Shown: in pieces, positions 34,704 to 38,391 of the stretch
Layout: each line of letters starts with the position of its first letter
Position numbering within the stretch: the stretch's first letter is position 1
Source of the DNA: Octopus sinensis
Lineage: Eukaryota
NCBI RefSeq assembly: GCF_006345805.1
Contig: NW_021835774.1
Span: forward strand, 1-38,391
Length of the DNA stretch: 38,391 bases
Reading direction: 5' to 3'
Notes under the pieces: generated by a model
Seen by the model: the letters and a program-made list of their open reading frames with translations, nothing else
Databases searched by the model: none
Told to the model about the DNA's origin: nothing
Made by a program: the position numbers and the translations under genes

Positions 34704-35624
34704 ATTAAGTTTATTAATATCGGTGACTCTAAAATAGATATTATTCTGCCAGTGTGTAAAACTACAATAAACTACAATTCAATTTAGAGTAAATGAACAA
34801 TTTTTCATGTTACCATGGGTGTAAATAACTCGGCTGCAGCAAGGGATCTTAGTAGATTATATTTACTTGCGGGAGGCAGATAACAGTTCGACAAAAAGTG
34901 AACGACAGGAAAAATCCAATGCTTAACAAAGAAATAAGTACTAGGGTCAATTCATTCGACTAAAAATTCTTCAAGGTGGTGCCCCAGCATGGCCGCAGTC
35001 AAATGACTGAAACGAGTAAAAGAAATTTTTTAAAATATTTTAAAGACAATAATCACACCAGAAGATAACTTAATATTACTGAGCTATTATTCTACCAGTG
35101 AATATAGCGAATATAACAAACACAGAGAATACGATACGATTTCATTACCAGCCTGTAACTTCCTTTACCATGTGTATCTTTAGAAATTTAGACTGACTAC
35201 TCCACAACGTTAGTTATGTTGCCTCCTCTACATCACAAATTCCAGTATATTTGCATTTATACTATCAGAATTCGTCCACTCAACTCTCCATATACAATGT
35301 TCTGTCCTGGCTTTTCCCATACTTTATTTCTGTTTCTCTACGTACACTTTTATATCTTCCCAACATGAAATATATTTCTATTAATGTATATTGCGGTTTT
35401 TCACACTTCTCATCTCTATGATTTCATTGCCATCGAAAGCTTAATTTGCACATCCTTTCCATTATTACTTTCGAACAGTTGTATTTTGCCTAATGTTGTT
35501 TTCCCACAAATCTTAGAGAATGTACTATATATTCACTTACGCTTATATAGTACATCATTATTCTATCTTTGCGTAAGAATTTGTGTCTGCATTTGTGCAT
35601 CTCCCTCTCTCTCACACACACATA

Positions 35625-35683
<59 letters not shown>

Positions 35684-35763
35684 TGGGAAAAACGGTAAGA
35701 TAACAAAAGAAAGAAAGAAAGGGACCTCAATATTATGTATATATCTGTAGACACACTCACGCT

Positions 35764-35799
<36 letters not shown>

Positions 35800-35879
35800 G
35801 TATGTATGTATGTATTGTATGTATGTATGAATATACATGTGTGTGTGTGTACGTATATACACATGTACGTATATGTATA

Positions 35880-37034
35880 CAGGGGTTGGACAAAATAATG
35901 GAAACACCTAAAATTTCAAGCAAATTTATGTTGATATGGGGTAGGACCGCCTTTAGCAGTAATTACAGCTCGAATTCTATGAGGTATGGACTCGTACAAG
36001 CTTTGAATTGTTTCCAAAGGAATTTTTGTCCATTCTTCAGCTAAAACAGTCTCCAGTTCTTGTTGTGATGATGGTGGGGGATATAGACTCCTTACTTGTT
36101 TTTCTAAAATGCACCATAAATGATCAATAATATTGAGATCTGGGGATTGTAGTGGCCAGAAAAGATGTTCAACTTCACTCGGATGTTCCTCGTGCCATTC
36201 AGCAATAACTTTGGCTGTGTGAGCTTGTGCATTGTCATCCTGAAAGATTGCGTTTCCATCCAGTAACAGTACCGCAGACAGGAAGAATTTGATCAGATAA
36301 AATGCTTAAATAGTCTTGACTATTAATTCTGCCATGAAAAGAAACCATTGGGCCGGTGGGTTTCCAAGATATAGCCCCCGCTTCCCCGATCATCACAGAT
36401 CTTCCTCCATGTTTAACAGTTAGAAGAAGGCAGTCTGGGTCAAATGCTTCTTTTGGGTGTCATTACACGTATACTCGGCAGGTTGTCGGAAACAAGGTAA
36501 AGGATGACTCGTCCGAGAAAATAACATTCTTCCACTACTCTGGGAACAAATTCGGTAGGTTTTTTACTCTACTCTAAACGTTTTGCAACGTTAGTTTCTG
36601 AGAGATGGGGGTTTTCTGATTGCAGCCCTCCCGTGAAATCCGGCTTCGCGCAGCTCACTGCGAACAGTTTTTGTAGAAACTGGGTTCTCGAGGTGGTCAT
36701 TTTCCCCTCTTTCTCAAAGGCTGTTATTACCTTCGAGACAGTACTTCTTGATACACCAAACATTTCAGCTGTTTTCGTTACGCTAGCGCCTGCCATACGA
36801 GCACTAACAATTTGACCTCTTTCAAAGTCCAATAGATCTGTTATTTTAATAAATTTTAATTGCCTTTTTCTGACGATATCTGAAAAGAAACAGCAATTTT
36901 AGCAAAACATATTCAGTAACACTAATAATAAATCAAAAAAACATAAAAATAAACAAGCTTTTGATGGTTTTATAGATATTTCAATATTATGATGCTATGA
37001 TGCTAGATGTTTCCATTATTTTGTCCAACCCCTG
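35880..37034 (-). mobile_element. Tc1-like DNA transposon (1155 bp), defective, DD36E-type spacing
   Basis: TA|CAGGGGTTGGACAAAATAATGGAAACA TIRs at both ends. Minus-strand transposase remnants: DFERGQIVSARMAG...(HTH), FSDES, FQDDNA...SPDLNIIDHLW, GGPTPY. Internal deletion, frameshifts and stops. Confidence 0.95.
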
Positions 37035-37164
37035 TATATGTGTATATATGTATATATGTATATCCATACATATGTGTGTGTATGTGTGTGTGTGAATGTG
37101 TGTATGTTTGTGAATGTGTGTGGGAGGGTGTATGAATATATATATATATATACACACACACACA

Positions 37165-37705
37165 TATAACTTTGATAGGTTTCGCCCAGTATATGCCCAG
37201 GCCATGTCTAACTTAATAGCACCACCTGGTGAAGTCTTTTAGTCATATATGGGGTACCATGGCCCACTCTAGCAAAGAGTTATTATTATTATTGGAGACA
37301 TATCCGGGTGTAGGAGGTGGGTCCAGGATTTCTTGAAGAAATTTGTCCAGTGAACTTTTGAGTTTTATAGGATCCGTTTTGACGTATTTTGGTATGGTAT
37401 TAAAGAGAGCTGGACCGGTTGAGGTAAAGTAGTTGTAACGTAATGTTGTTATGTGTCCTGAGTTCGATTTTTGTAGAGGGCGGATAGCACGGGTGCCAGG
37501 TCTTGGGTGGATTTTAAAATTTATGCCAACATCATTCGAGCAATACTGATGGAATATTTTCCACGTCACACAAATGATGTGGAGCTCCTGGCGATGTTGG
37601 TCAGTGTAGAGATTGAGTTTTTTAGTCGACCCGCCAATAGTCAATGCCTGTCATGCCGTCTATCGGTTTTTGTTATTGACCTCTGGAGTGCTTCCATTTT
37701 ATAAT
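37165..37705 (-). mobile_element. 5'-truncated CR1/L2-group LINE, C-terminus and 3' UTR
   Basis: ORF 37644->37243 contains KLNLYT..HRQE..WKIF...HPRPG...TGPALFNTIPK...KSSLDKFLQEI.DPPPTPGY...NSLLEW, matching the CR1-type post-RT tail; upstream lies KMEALQRSITK. Confidence 0.85.
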
Positions 37706-37867
37706 GAGTTGATTTGTATGGGGAGACTACAGTGGGCAACAGTATTCAAGGTGGGGTACCATGTGGGACACCACTACTGACTTTGACTCCCTATGTATAT
37801 ATATATATATATATATATATGATATATATGTACATGCATATTATATTATATACACGTATGTATATAC

Positions 37868-37908
<41 letters not shown>

Positions 37909-37947
37909 TACACACACACACATATATATGTATGTATATTCATATGC

Positions 37948-37979
<32 letters not shown>

Positions 37980-38009
37980 GCATGTATATATTTATATATG
38001 TATAATAAT

Positions 38010-38391
38010 AATATTAAGGAGTAAATCCAAACTTACAGGGAAAAATTAGATTTAGGATTAAATCTAATTTCACAGTATAAATATAAATTAAATTAGAGAT
38101 AAAACCACTATTAGGCAAATCAAACAGTGAAAAACATAAACCAAAACATAAAAATAAAAATAATTAATATAATATGCAAAATATATAAAATATAAAATTT
38201 ATAAATTTAAATTTAAAATTAAAATTATTAATTTATATTTATAATTTTTTTTAAATATATATAACAATCAAAAAGTATTAAAAAGTTTATATAAGATAAA
38301 AATACTACGAACGTTTCATGCCCATAACCTAATTCGAATTACAATAATTTAAATTCAATTAATAATTCGAATTATGGTTATAGTCAATTTC
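38010..38391 (-). mobile_element. Penelope-like AT-rich remnant running off the window, with a partial hammerhead-like motif
   Basis: The minus strand shows a long hairpin (38386->38319), then GAAAC-gttc-GTA (38317->38306); the 5' core would lie beyond position 38391. Confidence 0.45.

Overview
Eukaryotic, AT-rich, repeat-saturated DNA, most likely from an Octopus (coleoid cephalopod) genome. This is an inference from the tRNA-headed SINE families and the very dense (TA)n/(CATA)n/(GATA)n/(GAT)n microsatellites. Almost all supplied ORFs are microsatellite or SINE artefacts. The only well-supported host coding sequence is a + strand exon at 15376-15581 that the ORF track missed. It encodes a complete six-cysteine thyroglobulin type-1 domain ending in TAA directly at a GTAAGT donor, with a probable terminal exon at 17334-~17515 and a candidate upstream exon at 14679-14778. 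The rest is a mixed mobile-element landscape: several modular SINE families (family labels A-E are mine); 3' fragments of RTE, CR1-type and RLE-type non-LTR retrotransposons; a Tc1-like element with DD36E spacing; piggyBac and hAT MITEs; a non-autonomous Helitron; two foldback elements; and Penelope-like remnants. One Penelope-like remnant carries an apparently intact minimal type I hammerhead ribozyme (10039-10118). Coordinates of degenerate repeats are approximate (about +/-10-20 bp). No database searches or folding programs were run.
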